A stretch of 64,000 nucleotides of DNA from an uncultured delta proteobacterium (GCA_963851365.1 CAWKPA010000001.1:167013-231012), one strand, 5' to 3'; numbered from the stretch's first letter, positions 32,772 through 42,968 are shown. Program-made: numbers and translations. The notes: generated by a model not told the origin, from the sequence alone.

Positions 32772-33322
32772 TGGCTCGTCGTCCTCCGCGAGGCAGCATA
32801 CCGCGAATCGTCCCCCATCTGATATCGCTGTCGCGCATCGTGTTGGCCGCGGCCTTCGTCCACTGGGTCCGCACGCCCCCGGTCGCGGTCGGGCTCCTCT
32901 GCGCCGCCGGCATCTCGGACTGGCTCGACGGCTGGGCGGCGCGACGCCTCGGGCAGGAGAGCGAGCTCGGCCGGCTCCTCGATCCGATCTGCGACCGCGT
33001 CTTCGCCGTCACCGTGCTAGCGACGCTGGTGGTGATCGACGCCTTGCCGCTCTGGCAGCTCGGCGTGCTGATCGCGCGCGACGTGGCCAACACGCTCGGC
33101 GCGCTGGTGGTCTGGCTGGCACGCCCCGAGCGGGTGGTGGGCCTGCGCCCCCGGCTCTCCGGCAAGCTCGTCACGTCGCTGCAGTTCTGGGCCGCGGTGC
33201 ACCTGGTCCTCGGGCTGCCGGGCTTCCCGATCACGCTGGCGGGGGTCGCGGCGGCGACGGCGTGGGCGTTCGTCGATTACTGGGGCCAGTTCCGGACGCT
33301 GCTGGCCGCCGACGGGCGGTAG
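32771..33322 (+). CDS. CDP-alcohol phosphatidyltransferase (PgsA/Cls-like)
   Basis: SDWLDGWAARR..GRLLDPICD. The start codon is uncertain. Confidence 0.88.
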   Translation: MARRPPRGSIPRIVPHLISLSRIVLAAAFVHWVRTPPVAVGLLCAAGISDWLDGWAARRLGQESELGRLLDPICDRVFAVTVLATLVVIDALPLWQLGVLIARDVANTLGALVVWLARPERVVGLRPRLSGKLVTSLQFWAAVHLVLGLPGFPITLAGVAAATAWAFVDYWGQFRTLLAADGR

Positions 33323-33335
33323 CCCCCGGCGCGGG

Positions 33336-34142
33336 TCACCCGCCCGCCAGGAGGCGCTGCGCGAAAAAGTCGATCACCCGCCTCTCGGCCCGCTTCGTCG
33401 GCCCCTCCGGGTCGTCGTCGCGCAGGTTCACCGTCAGGACCGAGTGCGCGCCGAAGCCGGGACCGGGCTGGGCGTCCTTCGGGTCGATCTCGATGGCCTC
33501 GAAGCGGTCGCCGAAGGTCCGGCGATAGGTGGCGAACCGTTCGTCGGGCACGAACGGGTCCCCGAAGAAGCGGAGCCCGATCATCGACAGGTCTTCGGTC
33601 TCGAAGCGGTACTTGGCGCAGGCGACCTCTTCCGGCGAGGCGTCGAAGGCGCGCTTGCGCGCCGCACCCATGGGAAACGGCATCGACGGCTGCGACAGCA
33701 CCGGGGCGACGACGGCGGGCTCGGTCATCATGGCCAGGGCGAAACCGCCGGTGAAACACATGCCCACCGCCCCCACGCCGGGGCCGCCGCACTCCGCGTG
33801 CGCCTTCCGGGCGAGCGCGCGCAGCCAGTCCACGATCGGGCTCGAGCGACCCGTCGCCCAGGCGTCGAACTCGCGGCGGACGCAGAGCGCCTTCGCGATC
33901 TCGCCGAGCGCGTAGGGCAGCGACACCGGCCGGCCGTCTTGGCCGAAGAGGCTCGGCAGAAACACGGTCATCCCGGCGGCGGCGACGCGGTCGGCGAACC
34001 GGATCACCAGCGGGTGGAGTCCCGGCATCTCGTGGATGACGATCACCGCGGGACCGGTCCCGCGCCGGTAGACCCGCCGGGTCCATGGTCCGTCCTGGAA
34101 CTCGAATCGCTGGTAGCTCGCCAGTGCCGCGTCGTACCCCAT
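33336..34142 (-). CDS. Dienelactone hydrolase family protein
   Basis: IHEMPG, GMCFTGG (Cys nucleophile) and HSVLT. Confidence 0.88.
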   Translation of the reverse strand: MGYDAALASYQRFEFQDGPWTRRVYRRGTGPAVIVIHEMPGLHPLVIRFADRVAAAGMTVFLPSLFGQDGRPVSLPYALGEIAKALCVRREFDAWATGRSSPIVDWLRALARKAHAECGGPGVGAVGMCFTGGFALAMMTEPAVVAPVLSQPSMPFPMGAARKRAFDASPEEVACAKYRFETEDLSMIGLRFFGDPFVPDERFATYRRTFGDRFEAIEIDPKDAQPGPGFGAHSVLTVNLRDDDPEGPTKRAERRVIDFFAQRLLAGG

Positions 34143-34214
34143 CTCGGCAGGAATCGTACCACGGACCGGCCACGGGGAGCACCCCGGGCGCCTCCGGGCG
34201 GGCGGCGGCGACGT

Positions 34215-35645
34215 GTGGACGCCGTGCGCACGGAGCCCGGAGCGGGTATCCTCGACGCCGTGCCGCCTCCGCAGCCGTTCGAGGGAACCGATGCATCGCT
34301 CGCGTTGCGCGAGCGGCCCGCGTGGTTCGACGACGCCAAGTTCGGGATCATGATCCACTGGGGCATGTTCGCGGTGCCGGCCTGGGCCGAAACGATCCTC
34401 GATCCGGGCGACTGGCTCGCGGACTTCAGCAAGCTGCTCGAACCGCCCGAGTTCGGTCGGGAGTGGTTCACGCACATCCCGTACACGGAGTGGTACGCGA
34501 ACACGATCCGCATCGCGGGCAGTCCCGCGCAGCGGCACCACCACGCGACCTACGGGCCGGACTTTCCGTACGAGGCGTTTCGCAGCGAATTCGACGACGC
34601 CGCCGCCACCTGGTCGGCGGAACCGTGGGCCGACCTGTTCGCCGACGCGAACGCCCGCTACGTCGTCCTGGTGACCAAGCACCACGACGGCTTTGCGCTC
34701 TGGCCCACCGCGGTGCCGCACCCGCGTCGCGCGGGCTGGCACGCCGCGCGCGACTACGTCGGGGAACTCACGACCGCCGTGCGCCGGCGCCGCATGCGGA
34801 TGGGGCTCTATTACTCAGGCGGCCTCGACTGGTCGGTCCGACCCGGCGCCATCGCGACCACGCTCGACATGATCGGCGCCACGCCGCAAGACGCCGACTA
34901 CGTCGCCTACGCCGATGGGCAGTGGCGCGAGCTGATCGAGCGTTACCGGCCCTCCGTCATGTGGAACGACCTCGGCTACCCGACGAACGGCAACGTGCTC
35001 GGGCTGATGGCCGATTACTACAACGCCGTGCCCGACGGCGTCGTGAACGACCGCTTCGCGCTTCTCCCCGGCCAGGTCCACGCCGACTACGTCACTCCCG
35101 AGTTCCACTGCGCCCCGGGGATATCGGAGAAGAAGTTCGAAACCGTGCGCGGCATGGGGCGGGGCTTCGGCTACAATCGCAACGAGCGCGACGACGATCT
35201 CGCGAGCGCCCCCGATCTGATCCGTCTCCTGGTCGACGTCGTGTCGAAGAACGGGAACCTGCTGCTGAACGTCGGCCCGCTGGCGAACGGCACCATCCCC
35301 GGGGCGCAAGTCGAGCGCTTGCGTGCGATCGGCACGTGGCTGCGGAAGAACGGGGACGCGATCTTCGGGACGCGCCCCTGGGAGCGCGCCGAGGGGACGA
35401 CGGCCGCCGGCCAGGCGGTGCGGTTCACCCAGCGCGGCGACGGCGCCGTGGTGTACGCCATCGTCCTCGGAGCGCTGCCCGCGGACATCGTGGTCCTCGA
35501 CGACCTCGCGCTGACGCCGAGCGCGGTCCGCCTGTTGGGTCATGACGGGACGGTGCCATGGTCGCGCAGCGGGCAAGCGCTGCGGCTGGAGATACCCGTG
35601 CCGCCTGCACCCGACGCGGCCCACGTCTTCGCCATCGCGCGCTGA
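34215..35645 (+). CDS. Alpha-L-fucosidase (GH29)
   Basis: WFDDAKFGIMIHWG, TKHHDGF, MWND, VNDR and GNLLLNVGP. Confidence 0.92.
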   Translation: MDAVRTEPGAGILDAVPPPQPFEGTDASLALRERPAWFDDAKFGIMIHWGMFAVPAWAETILDPGDWLADFSKLLEPPEFGREWFTHIPYTEWYANTIRIAGSPAQRHHHATYGPDFPYEAFRSEFDDAAATWSAEPWADLFADANARYVVLVTKHHDGFALWPTAVPHPRRAGWHAARDYVGELTTAVRRRRMRMGLYYSGGLDWSVRPGAIATTLDMIGATPQDADYVAYADGQWRELIERYRPSVMWNDLGYPTNGNVLGLMADYYNAVPDGVVNDRFALLPGQVHADYVTPEFHCAPGISEKKFETVRGMGRGFGYNRNERDDDLASAPDLIRLLVDVVSKNGNLLLNVGPLANGTIPGAQVERLRAIGTWLRKNGDAIFGTRPWERAEGTTAAGQAVRFTQRGDGAVVYAIVLGALPADIVVLDDLALTPSAVRLLGHDGTVPWSRSGQALRLEIPVPPAPDAAHVFAIAR

Positions 35646-35682
35646 CCCGCGCCACCCTCGGGCACTGGGCGGCTCGACGGGA

Positions 35683-36147
35683 TCAGGACGGCGGCCGGGG
35701 GGGGCCGTCGTCAGGGGTGACGTCGTAGATCGGCCCGGGCGGATGCACGCGAAAGTCGCCGTCGACGGCGACGTGGATGCGCCCCTGCTCCCTGGCGCGC
35801 TCGATCCGGCGTCGCACCTCGGTCTTCAGGCGCCCCCGCACCGCCGGGATCAGGGCGAGGAAGCCCGCGGCGTCGGTCAGCACTCCCGGCGTGACGAGCA
35901 GTGCGCTGGCGACGAGGATGATCGCAGCGTCGAGCAGAGACGACGCGGGCAGCCGGCCACGGGCGAGCTCGGCCTGCATCTCCCGGATGACGCCCAGCCC
36001 CTGATGCCGGGCGAGCGACGCGCCCAGCACGCCGGTGCCGATCACGAGCGCGATGGTGGCGACGGTGCCGATGGCGGAGCCGATGCGGATCAGCAACGCG
36101 AGCTCGACCGCCGGGACGACGACGAACAACAAGAGCAGGCGGGACAC
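35683..36147 (-). CDS. fxsA: FxsA family membrane protein
   Basis: VPAVEL..I, LARHQG and LLVTPGVLTD..G. Confidence 0.88.
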   Translation of the reverse strand: MSRLLLLFVVVPAVELALLIRIGSAIGTVATIALVIGTGVLGASLARHQGLGVIREMQAELARGRLPASSLLDAAIILVASALLVTPGVLTDAAGFLALIPAVRGRLKTEVRRRIERAREQGRIHVAVDGDFRVHPPGPIYDVTPDDGPPRPPS

Positions 36148-36189
36148 CGCCGGCAGCCTAGCACGCGCGGGGCCGCGCCGGGACGGGAG

Positions 36190-36873
36190 TCACGTCGCCA
36201 GCACGCGTTCGGGGTTGCGCCGGCGCACGAACTCCGCGAAGTGTCCCAGCCAGCCGGACGCGGCGACGCTCGGCCGCGCCTTGCACCGCTCGACGTAGCT
36301 CGCCAGCGACGGGGTGTGCCGCGCCCAGTCGTAGCCGAGCGCCTCGAAATGCATCAGGAGGGGGAACACGGCGATGTCCGCGAGCGTGAACTGCTCCCCC
36401 GCGAGAAAGCTCCGGCCCTCGACGTACGCGTCCCAGCGGGGCAGCTCGGCCCGGAGCGCCTCGATCCGCGGTGCGAGCTGCTCGCGGGTCTGAGAGCCGA
36501 AGACCACCGAGCCCATGATGTTCTTCGGATCGAGCTTGGCCTGGAATTCCTCGATCCGCATCAACGCCTCCGCGTACCGCCGGCGGTCGGTCACGGGGGG
36601 CATCAGCGCCGGTTCCGGCACGACGGCGTCGATGAAACGGATGATGGCGACGCTCTCCCACACGACCACCACGTCGCCACCGTCGTCGCAGACGAGCGTC
36701 GGCACCTGGCCGCGCGGCGTGAGGTCCGCGAGCGGCGGCCGCCGGTGCTCGCCCGCGAGGAGATCGACGCTCACGGTGTCGAAGGCGAGGCCCTTCTCGC
36801 GCAATGCAAGCTCAGGCCGGACGCCGTTGTGCGAGAACGGAGCGGTATAGATCGTGAACCGCGGCTGCGCCAT
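36190..36873 (-). CDS. Glutathione S-transferase family protein
   Basis: GQVPTL, ESVAI and FTLADI. Confidence 0.9.
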   Translation of the reverse strand: MAQPRFTIYTAPFSHNGVRPELALREKGLAFDTVSVDLLAGEHRRPPLADLTPRGQVPTLVCDDGGDVVVVWESVAIIRFIDAVVPEPALMPPVTDRRRYAEALMRIEEFQAKLDPKNIMGSVVFGSQTREQLAPRIEALRAELPRWDAYVEGRSFLAGEQFTLADIAVFPLLMHFEALGYDWARHTPSLASYVERCKARPSVAASGWLGHFAEFVRRRNPERVLAT

Positions 36874-36969
36874 GCCGGCAGGCTAGCGGACGGCGGAGGA
36901 CGACGGTAGCCCGCGACGACGGGGCAGGCCCGACGTCATGCGCGAAGAGCGAGGTCGCCCGACGGCGGG

Positions 36970-38798
36970 TCACTCCGACCATGGGAACGACGCCCAGGGG
37001 AACTCCCCACATCCGCGCGCGCCCGCCTGCGGGTACTCGGCTGGTGTCAGACCCCGACGGAGCTTCGCCAAGGTCCAGAACATGCGGCACTTGTCCCGCT
37101 GCGCCGGCAGGCGCGGGTCGGCGTCGATGGCGGCGATGACGCCGGCGCGGGTCATGCCCTCGGACGACAGGCGCGGGCCGCCGCCGGCCGGCGTATCGAG
37201 GACCAGGAACCGCGGCGCCTCGCCCCAGCGCGCCCACTCCGTCAGGGCGCCGTCGCGGCCGCGGCCCGGATCGCCGGTGCGGGCGAACTGCGCCCACCAC
37301 GCCATCATCTGCCCCGACAGGGTCTCGCGCCCCTGCAGGTTGGCCCCGGTGAACATGACGTTGCCTTCGCTGCCCAGGTCCCAATGGCCGAAGACGAAGG
37401 GATCTCGAAGGCGTGGGCCGCACCAAGCATGCGGGACAGGTCCGCGCCGAGCATCGTGGGCTCCTCGTCCCAATCGAAGCGATAGACGAACACGGGCTCG
37501 GACTGCGTCGCCGCCAGCGCGGCGGCGGGCTCGTCGGCGCCGATCGCCTTCCACATTCGCGACTGGTACTCGGCCGAGGCGTCGTATGCCGCGGGATCGC
37601 GCAGTCGCGGGAGCAGTCCGAACCAGCGCCGCACCAGCGCGGGGTCACCGAACATGAAGAGCTTCGCTTCGTCGCGCGTGGTGCCGAGCATCACCGGCAC
37701 GTGGTGCTGTGCGCCGCGGCGGATCGCGTCGAGCGCGTCGCCCGGCGGCAGCACCACGCCGTCGCCGAAGACCTGCGGCATGTCGATGAGCTCGGAGTTC
37801 GGGTTCGGGGGATAGGCGCGCAGCACGTCGTACGCCGGCCGCTCGCGCAGCAGGCGCGCCAGGGCGTCGAGCGCGGTCGCGAGCACCGCCTCCTGCGCAG
37901 CGGACGCGTCGCGGGCCAGCCCGCCCGCGACCAGCAGGCGGACCAGAACATCGCCGGATGCGTTCGATGCCCCCGGGTCCCAATCGTTGGCGAAGCCTTC
38001 AGCGCTACCGGGCGGGTCGAATCGCGTGCCGCCGCTCTGGACCACGGCGCGGTGGAAGAGCCCGCGCGCCGGTGCGGCGACCAGCAGCGCCATCACGTCG
38101 CGGCCGCCGGCCGACTCGCCGAAAATGGTGACGTTGGACGGATCGCCGCCGAATGCCGCCGCGTTGTCGCGCACCCACGCGAGCGCCTGGATGTGATCCA
38201 GCGTGCCGAAGTTCCCGGAGCGTTCGGCGGGGCTGGTATCGTCGCCGCGCAAGGCGGGATGGCGGAACCATCCGAAGGGGCCGAGGCGGTAGTTGACGGT
38301 CACCACGACCAGGTTCTCGCGCGCGGCCAGATTGCCGCCATCGTAGAAGCCCGCGTGCCCCACCGTGTTGCCGCCGCCGTGGATCCACACCATCACCGGC
38401 AACCCGGCGCCGGGCGCCGCGCCCCGCGGGGCGTAGACGTTCAGGTAGAGGCAGTCCTCGGAGCCCGCGGGCGCTCCCCGGTCGACGTCCGCGATACCGC
38501 CGAACGGCCCGGCGTACTGCACACACGGCGCGCCGTTCCGCGTCGCCTCCCGCACCCCCGTCCAGCGGGCCGGGGGCGCCGGGGCGCGCCAGCGCCCCGG
38601 ACCCACCGGGGGCGCCGCGTAGGGGATGCCGAGCCAAACGGCGCTGCCATATCGGCCGGTAAATCCGACGACGTCGCCAGCGGTCGTGGTTCGCCGCAGC
38701 GCCGGGTCGGGGCGGGCTGGAGGCGGCGCGGCGGGACGCCCGCCACAGGCGAGGAGCAGCGCGAGCACTATGGGAGCCCGTCGGCGCACGGACGACAT
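36970..38798 (-). CDS. Carboxylesterase type B lipoprotein (frameshifted at about 37400)
   Basis: LGIPYAAPP, SEDCLYLNVY, IHGGG and FGESAGG; HAFEIP/FVFG is split across two frames; lipobox LLAC. Confidence 0.88.
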
Positions 38799-38843
38799 GC
38801 GCCGGGTCATCGAGCACCAGACGCCCGCTCGTCAAGCGGGCCA

Positions 38844-39623
38844 TCAGAACACGCCGGGGAAGGTCCCCCCGTCGACCGACAAGTTCTGCCCGGAGACGAA
38901 GCTCGCCGGCGCGCTGCACAGAAACACGCACGCCGCCGCGAACTCCTCCGGCGTCCCGAGGCGCTTCGCCGCGATCGACGCCGCGATCTCCGCGTACGCC
39001 TCCTCCACCGTCATGCCCGCCATCTGCGCCCGCAACTGGGCCATGAAGCGCTGGCGGTCGGTGTCGATGCGCTCCGGCAGCAGGTTGTTGATCGTGACGT
39101 TGTCCGGCGCGACCTCCCGCGACAGGCTCTTGCACACCGCCGTGAGCGCGGACCGGGCGGCGGTCGAGAGGCCCATCGCCGGATGCGGCGCCTTCACCAT
39201 GGCCGACGTGATGTTGACGATGCGGCCGAACCGGCGCGCCCGCATGCCGGCGATCACCGCGCGGATGAGCAGCACGGGCGCCAGCAGGTTCGATTCGAGC
39301 GCCGCCAGCCACGCCGCATGGTCGCAGTCCTCGAACGGGCGAGGCAGCGGCCCCCCGTTGTTGGTGACGAGGATGTCCGGCTCCGGACAGGCGGCGAGCA
39401 GCGCGGCGCGGCCCGCCTCGGTGTCGAGGTCGGCGACCACCGGCGTGACGCGGGCGCCCGTGCCGGCGCGGATCTCCTCCGCGGCGGCCGCGAGCCGCTC
39501 CGCGTCGCGCCCGTTCACCACCACCGCCACGCCTTCGGCCGCGAGCCCCCGGGCACACGCCTTGCCGAGGCCACGGCTCGACGCGCACACGATGGCCGTC
39601 CGACCCGCGATTCCGGTGTTCAT
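38844..39623 (-). CDS. SDR family oxidoreductase
   Basis: ASSRGLG, ILVTNNGGP, GRIVNITS and NLSVDGG. Confidence 0.9.
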   Translation of the reverse strand: MNTGIAGRTAIVCASSRGLGKACARGLAAEGVAVVVNGRDAERLAAAAEEIRAGTGARVTPVVADLDTEAGRAALLAACPEPDILVTNNGGPLPRPFEDCDHAAWLAALESNLLAPVLLIRAVIAGMRARRFGRIVNITSAMVKAPHPAMGLSTAARSALTAVCKSLSREVAPDNVTINNLLPERIDTDRQRFMAQLRAQMAGMTVEEAYAEIAASIAAKRLGTPEEFAAACVFLCSAPASFVSGQNLSVDGGTFPGVF

Positions 39624-41311
39624 GGGACCTCCCGGCACGTGACCGCGGCGATGGCGCCCGCGAGCGCCACCGTGGGATCGGCGACGGCGTCGCGCGCGCG
39701 CCAGGCCACGTGCTGATCCGGGCGGACCAGCACCGCGCCCGCCGGCGAGATGCCGAGGCGCTTGGCCCACCCGCCGTCGGCATCGGCGACGTCTCCCCCA
39801 ATGACGAGGCTCGCCAGCGGCACGCCGGCCAACCGGGCGGCGCCGGCACGCCAGGCGCCGCCGGCCGCTGCCGTGACGAGTGTGCAGCGATCGAGCGGCA
39901 GGCAGTCGAGCGCCGAGCACGTCCTCCCGTTGCGCCGCACCCAGGCGTGCGGCACGCGCGCCCCTGGTCGCGCGCTGGGCACGTACTCCCGCACCGGATC
40001 GGCTGTCGGCTCGGCCGCGGACGCCTCGGGAACGAGCGCACCCTCGGCATAGGTGAACCCGAGTTGCAGGCCGAGCATGTCGAAGTGCTCGGCCTGGTTC
40101 GCGATGGCCCCGCCGACCGCCGCGCGACCGGCCGGGTCGGCGAGCGTGGCGTCGTAGGCGGCGCGCGCGGCGGCGCCGGCGAGGCCCGCCGTTCCGAGCG
40201 CCTGGTTGACCTCGATCAAGCGCATCGCGTTGCGCAGGCTGACATCCGCGTTCGCCTGTGCCACCGGCCGGCGCTCGCACTCATAGGTGTCGCACAACGC
40301 CGCATCGCCCCAGCCTCGTTCCACTGCCGCCAGTTTCCAGGCGAGATTGTGCGCGTCCTGGATGCCGGTGTTGAGGCCGAGGCCTCCGGTCGGCGGAAAT
40401 CGATGCGCGCTGTCGCCGACGAGAAACACGCGTCCCTCCCGGTACCGCGCCGCCACCTGCGCGGTCATCGTCCACGGACTCACCGTGCGCACCGCGAACG
40501 GCAACGCGTCGGTGCCGAGGGCGCGGCGCACGATCGCCGCGCAGCGCTCGGCGGTGTAGTCCTCCGCGCGCTCCCGCTCGGGATCCCACGGGTGCATGTA
40601 GACCCACTCCGCGTCGATGTCGTGCGCCACGAACGCGCCGGTCGCGTCCGGGTCCGTGGTCCAGAACAGCACCCCTGGCCGGTGCGCGACGAGCGGCCGG
40701 AAGTTCGCGGCGAGGTGCATCATCACCATGTGCTGGAGCGCATCCGGCCCGATGGGCGCGATGTCGAGCGCGGCGCGCACCCGGCTGCCGGCGCCATCGG
40801 CTGCGAGGAGCCAGCGGCTGCGGACACCATAGGTGCGGGCGCCGTCCCGGATCACCGACGTGACGCCGTCGGGGTCCTGCGTCGCGTGCTCCCAGGCATG
40901 ACCGCGATGAATCTCGCCGCCCGCCGCCCGCAGCGCCTCCGACAGAATCGGCTCGAAGCGGTGTTGCGACAGATTACGCAGCGGCGTCGGCGTCAAGTCG
41001 AGTACGTCGTCGCCCTGTCGCTCGAAGGGCAAGGCGCCCAGTTCCTCGCCGGCCAGCGTCGTGACCCAGCGCACGTAGCCGCCGTCGGCGGGTGGCAGCG
41101 TGGCTGCAGCGACCGCGCCCATGTCGACGCCTGCGGCCCGGCAGATCTCGAACGTGCGCGCGTTGACCACGTGCGCCGCCGGCGCGCGATGGGGCGCCGG
41201 CCGGCGCTCGACCACCCGGCAGTCGACGCCCAACCGCCGCAGCAGGAGGGCCGCCATGAGGCCCGCCGGTCCGGCGCCGACGATCAGGACGGGCACGTCG
41301 ATGTCCGTCAT
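39620..41311 (-). CDS. FAD-dependent phenolic monooxygenase (PheA/TfdB/DntB family)
   Basis: GAGPAG, AADGAGS, GDSAHRFPPTGGLGLNTGIQDAHNL and VRPDQHV. Confidence 0.9.
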   Translation of the reverse strand: MTDIDVPVLIVGAGPAGLMAALLLRRLGVDCRVVERRPAPHRAPAAHVVNARTFEICRAAGVDMGAVAAATLPPADGGYVRWVTTLAGEELGALPFERQGDDVLDLTPTPLRNLSQHRFEPILSEALRAAGGEIHRGHAWEHATQDPDGVTSVIRDGARTYGVRSRWLLAADGAGSRVRAALDIAPIGPDALQHMVMMHLAANFRPLVAHRPGVLFWTTDPDATGAFVAHDIDAEWVYMHPWDPERERAEDYTAERCAAIVRRALGTDALPFAVRTVSPWTMTAQVAARYREGRVFLVGDSAHRFPPTGGLGLNTGIQDAHNLAWKLAAVERGWGDAALCDTYECERRPVAQANADVSLRNAMRLIEVNQALGTAGLAGAAARAAYDATLADPAGRAAVGGAIANQAEHFDMLGLQLGFTYAEGALVPEASAAEPTADPVREYVPSARPGARVPHAWVRRNGRTCSALDCLPLDRCTLVTAAAGGAWRAGAARLAGVPLASLVIGGDVADADGGWAKRLGISPAGAVLVRPDQHVAWRARDAVADPTVALAGAIAAVTCREVP

Positions 41312-41313
41312 GG

Positions 41314-42243
41314 TCAGGCTCCGAACGGCGACGGCGCCGGCGGTCCCCAGTGGGATACCGCGCCCGGACCAGCCACCGCGACCGCGCCGGTCGGCGTGTC
41401 GGCGTTGCAGAGGTCGCCGTCGGTCCAGTGCTCGAACACGCTGCCCCAGGGGTCGCGCCAGTAGTCGTAGAGCTGGCTGCCGAGCACGTGCCGCCCCACG
41501 CCCCAATGCGGCGTGTATCCGTTCGCCGCGAGGTGCGCATGGCCCACCATCAAGTCGTCGAGGTCCTGCACCTCGAACGCCACGTGGTTCAGCTGCACCT
41601 GCCCGGCGCCGACCGCGAGGAAGGTATGGTGATCGACGTACTCCGGGCCGCGGTCGCAGCGCATGAACGCCGCGATGACCATCTCGCGCTCGCCGAGGTA
41701 GATCTCGTCGGAAGCGAGGAAGCCGAAGCGCTCCCGGTAGAAGGCCGCCGTCTCCCGGAAATCGTTCACCAGAAGAACGAAGTGGCCGAGCCGCTTCACG
41801 TGCGCCGGCCCCGGTTCGACGAGTGCGGGTTCGCCGCGCCGGAGCCGCGCGGTGCCGGTGTTGGTCGGCCGGCGCGCCGGCGCCGGGAGGGGCGGCAGCG
41901 TCTCGATCCCGTGCACCACTTCCAATCGGATGCCGTTCGGATCGGTGAGCACGACGCGCCTGCCGCCGCCGGGCTCCGCGATGTCCTCGACCGCTCCGGC
42001 CCCGGGGGCCCGCGCGATCGCGTCGAGGTCCGCAGCCCGCTCGGCGCGCAATCCCACGGCGGCGAAGCCCGGCTCGCCCAGCTCCGTCACATGGACATGG
42101 TGCGCGTCGTCGGTACCGCGCATGTAGAGGGCCGTCTCGGTGCGCGCCGACCGGACGAGGCCGAAGTCGGCGAGGAAGGCCTCCGCCCGGTCGAGGTCGG
42201 GGGCGCGAAAGCGAACATAGGCGAGGTCCGGGACCTTGATCAT
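41314..42243 (-). CDS. Two-domain VOC extradiol dioxygenase (trihydroxytoluene oxygenase-like)
   Basis: LAYVRFRAPDL..FGL, LGHFVL, HHT, NHVAFEV and WGVGRHVLGSQLYDYWRDP..FEH. Confidence 0.85.
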   Translation of the reverse strand: MIKVPDLAYVRFRAPDLDRAEAFLADFGLVRSARTETALYMRGTDDAHHVHVTELGEPGFAAVGLRAERAADLDAIARAPGAGAVEDIAEPGGGRRVVLTDPNGIRLEVVHGIETLPPLPAPARRPTNTGTARLRRGEPALVEPGPAHVKRLGHFVLLVNDFRETAAFYRERFGFLASDEIYLGEREMVIAAFMRCDRGPEYVDHHTFLAVGAGQVQLNHVAFEVQDLDDLMVGHAHLAANGYTPHWGVGRHVLGSQLYDYWRDPWGSVFEHWTDGDLCNADTPTGAVAVAGPGAVSHWGPPAPSPFGA

Positions 42244-42293
42244 TGCGACTGCCTCCTCTCGGCGGGGCCGGCGCCCGTCGTTAGTCGTCTGTA

Positions 42294-42314
42294 TAAGTCC
42301 GCTTGCAAGACTTA
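42294..42314. promoter_or_regulatory. Candidate TetR operator
   Basis: TAAGTC-N9-GACTTA palindrome in the AT-rich divergent intergenic region; extra TTAGTC copies at 42281 and 42312. Confidence 0.55.
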
Positions 42315-42338
42315 GTCAAGAGAGTAAATTGCCGCGGC

Positions 42339-42965
42339 GTGCGGAGACGACGGGCGGCTCGGCAGACAGCCACGGAAGACGGCACCCAGGCGCGCATCCT
42401 CGATGCCGCCCTGGCCGTGTTCGCCGAGCGCGGCTTCGAGGGCGCGCGCACCCGCGACATCGCCGATCGGGCCGGCGCCAACCTCGGGCTGCTCACCTAC
42501 TACTTCGGCGACAAGGAGACGCTGTGGCGCGCCGCGGTCTCCCGCGCCTTCGAACGGCTCCGCGCCGAACTGGCCGACGTGCTGGCGCCGCAGCCGGACG
42601 ACGACGAGCGCGCCGCGCTCGCCGCGCTGGTCCGCCGCTTCGTCCACTTCGTGTCCCGCAACCCCGAGTTCATGCAGCTGATGAACGACGAGGGGAAGCG
42701 CGACGGTCCCCGCATGCGCTGGCTCGCGGACCGGTTCGTGGAGCCGGTCTACGCGGTCCTGCGCGCCCGCGTGGAGCGGGCCCAGTCCGAGGGGCTCCTC
42801 GCCGGCATGCCGCCGGCGAGCCTGCACTACCTGGTGCTGGGGGCCGCCGGGCTCGTCTTCAGCCAAGCGGCGGAGTGCAAGCGGGTGACGGGCGCCGACC
42901 CGCGCGATCCGGCCTTCGCCGACGCGCACGCCGACGCCATCCTGCGGCTCCTCGCGGTGTCCTGA
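42339..42965 (+). CDS. TetR family transcriptional regulator
   Basis: RILDAALAVFAERGF..IADRAG..YYFGDKETL. The start is inferred. Confidence 0.9.
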   Translation: MRRRRAARQTATEDGTQARILDAALAVFAERGFEGARTRDIADRAGANLGLLTYYFGDKETLWRAAVSRAFERLRAELADVLAPQPDDDERAALAALVRRFVHFVSRNPEFMQLMNDEGKRDGPRMRWLADRFVEPVYAVLRARVERAQSEGLLAGMPPASLHYLVLGAAGLVFSQAAECKRVTGADPRDPAFADAHADAILRLLAVS

Positions 42966-42968
42966 CCG

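Noticed and set aside
37390-37410. Split carboxylesterase as two genes
   Set aside because: One missing base in FEIP/FVFG restores a continuous protein.
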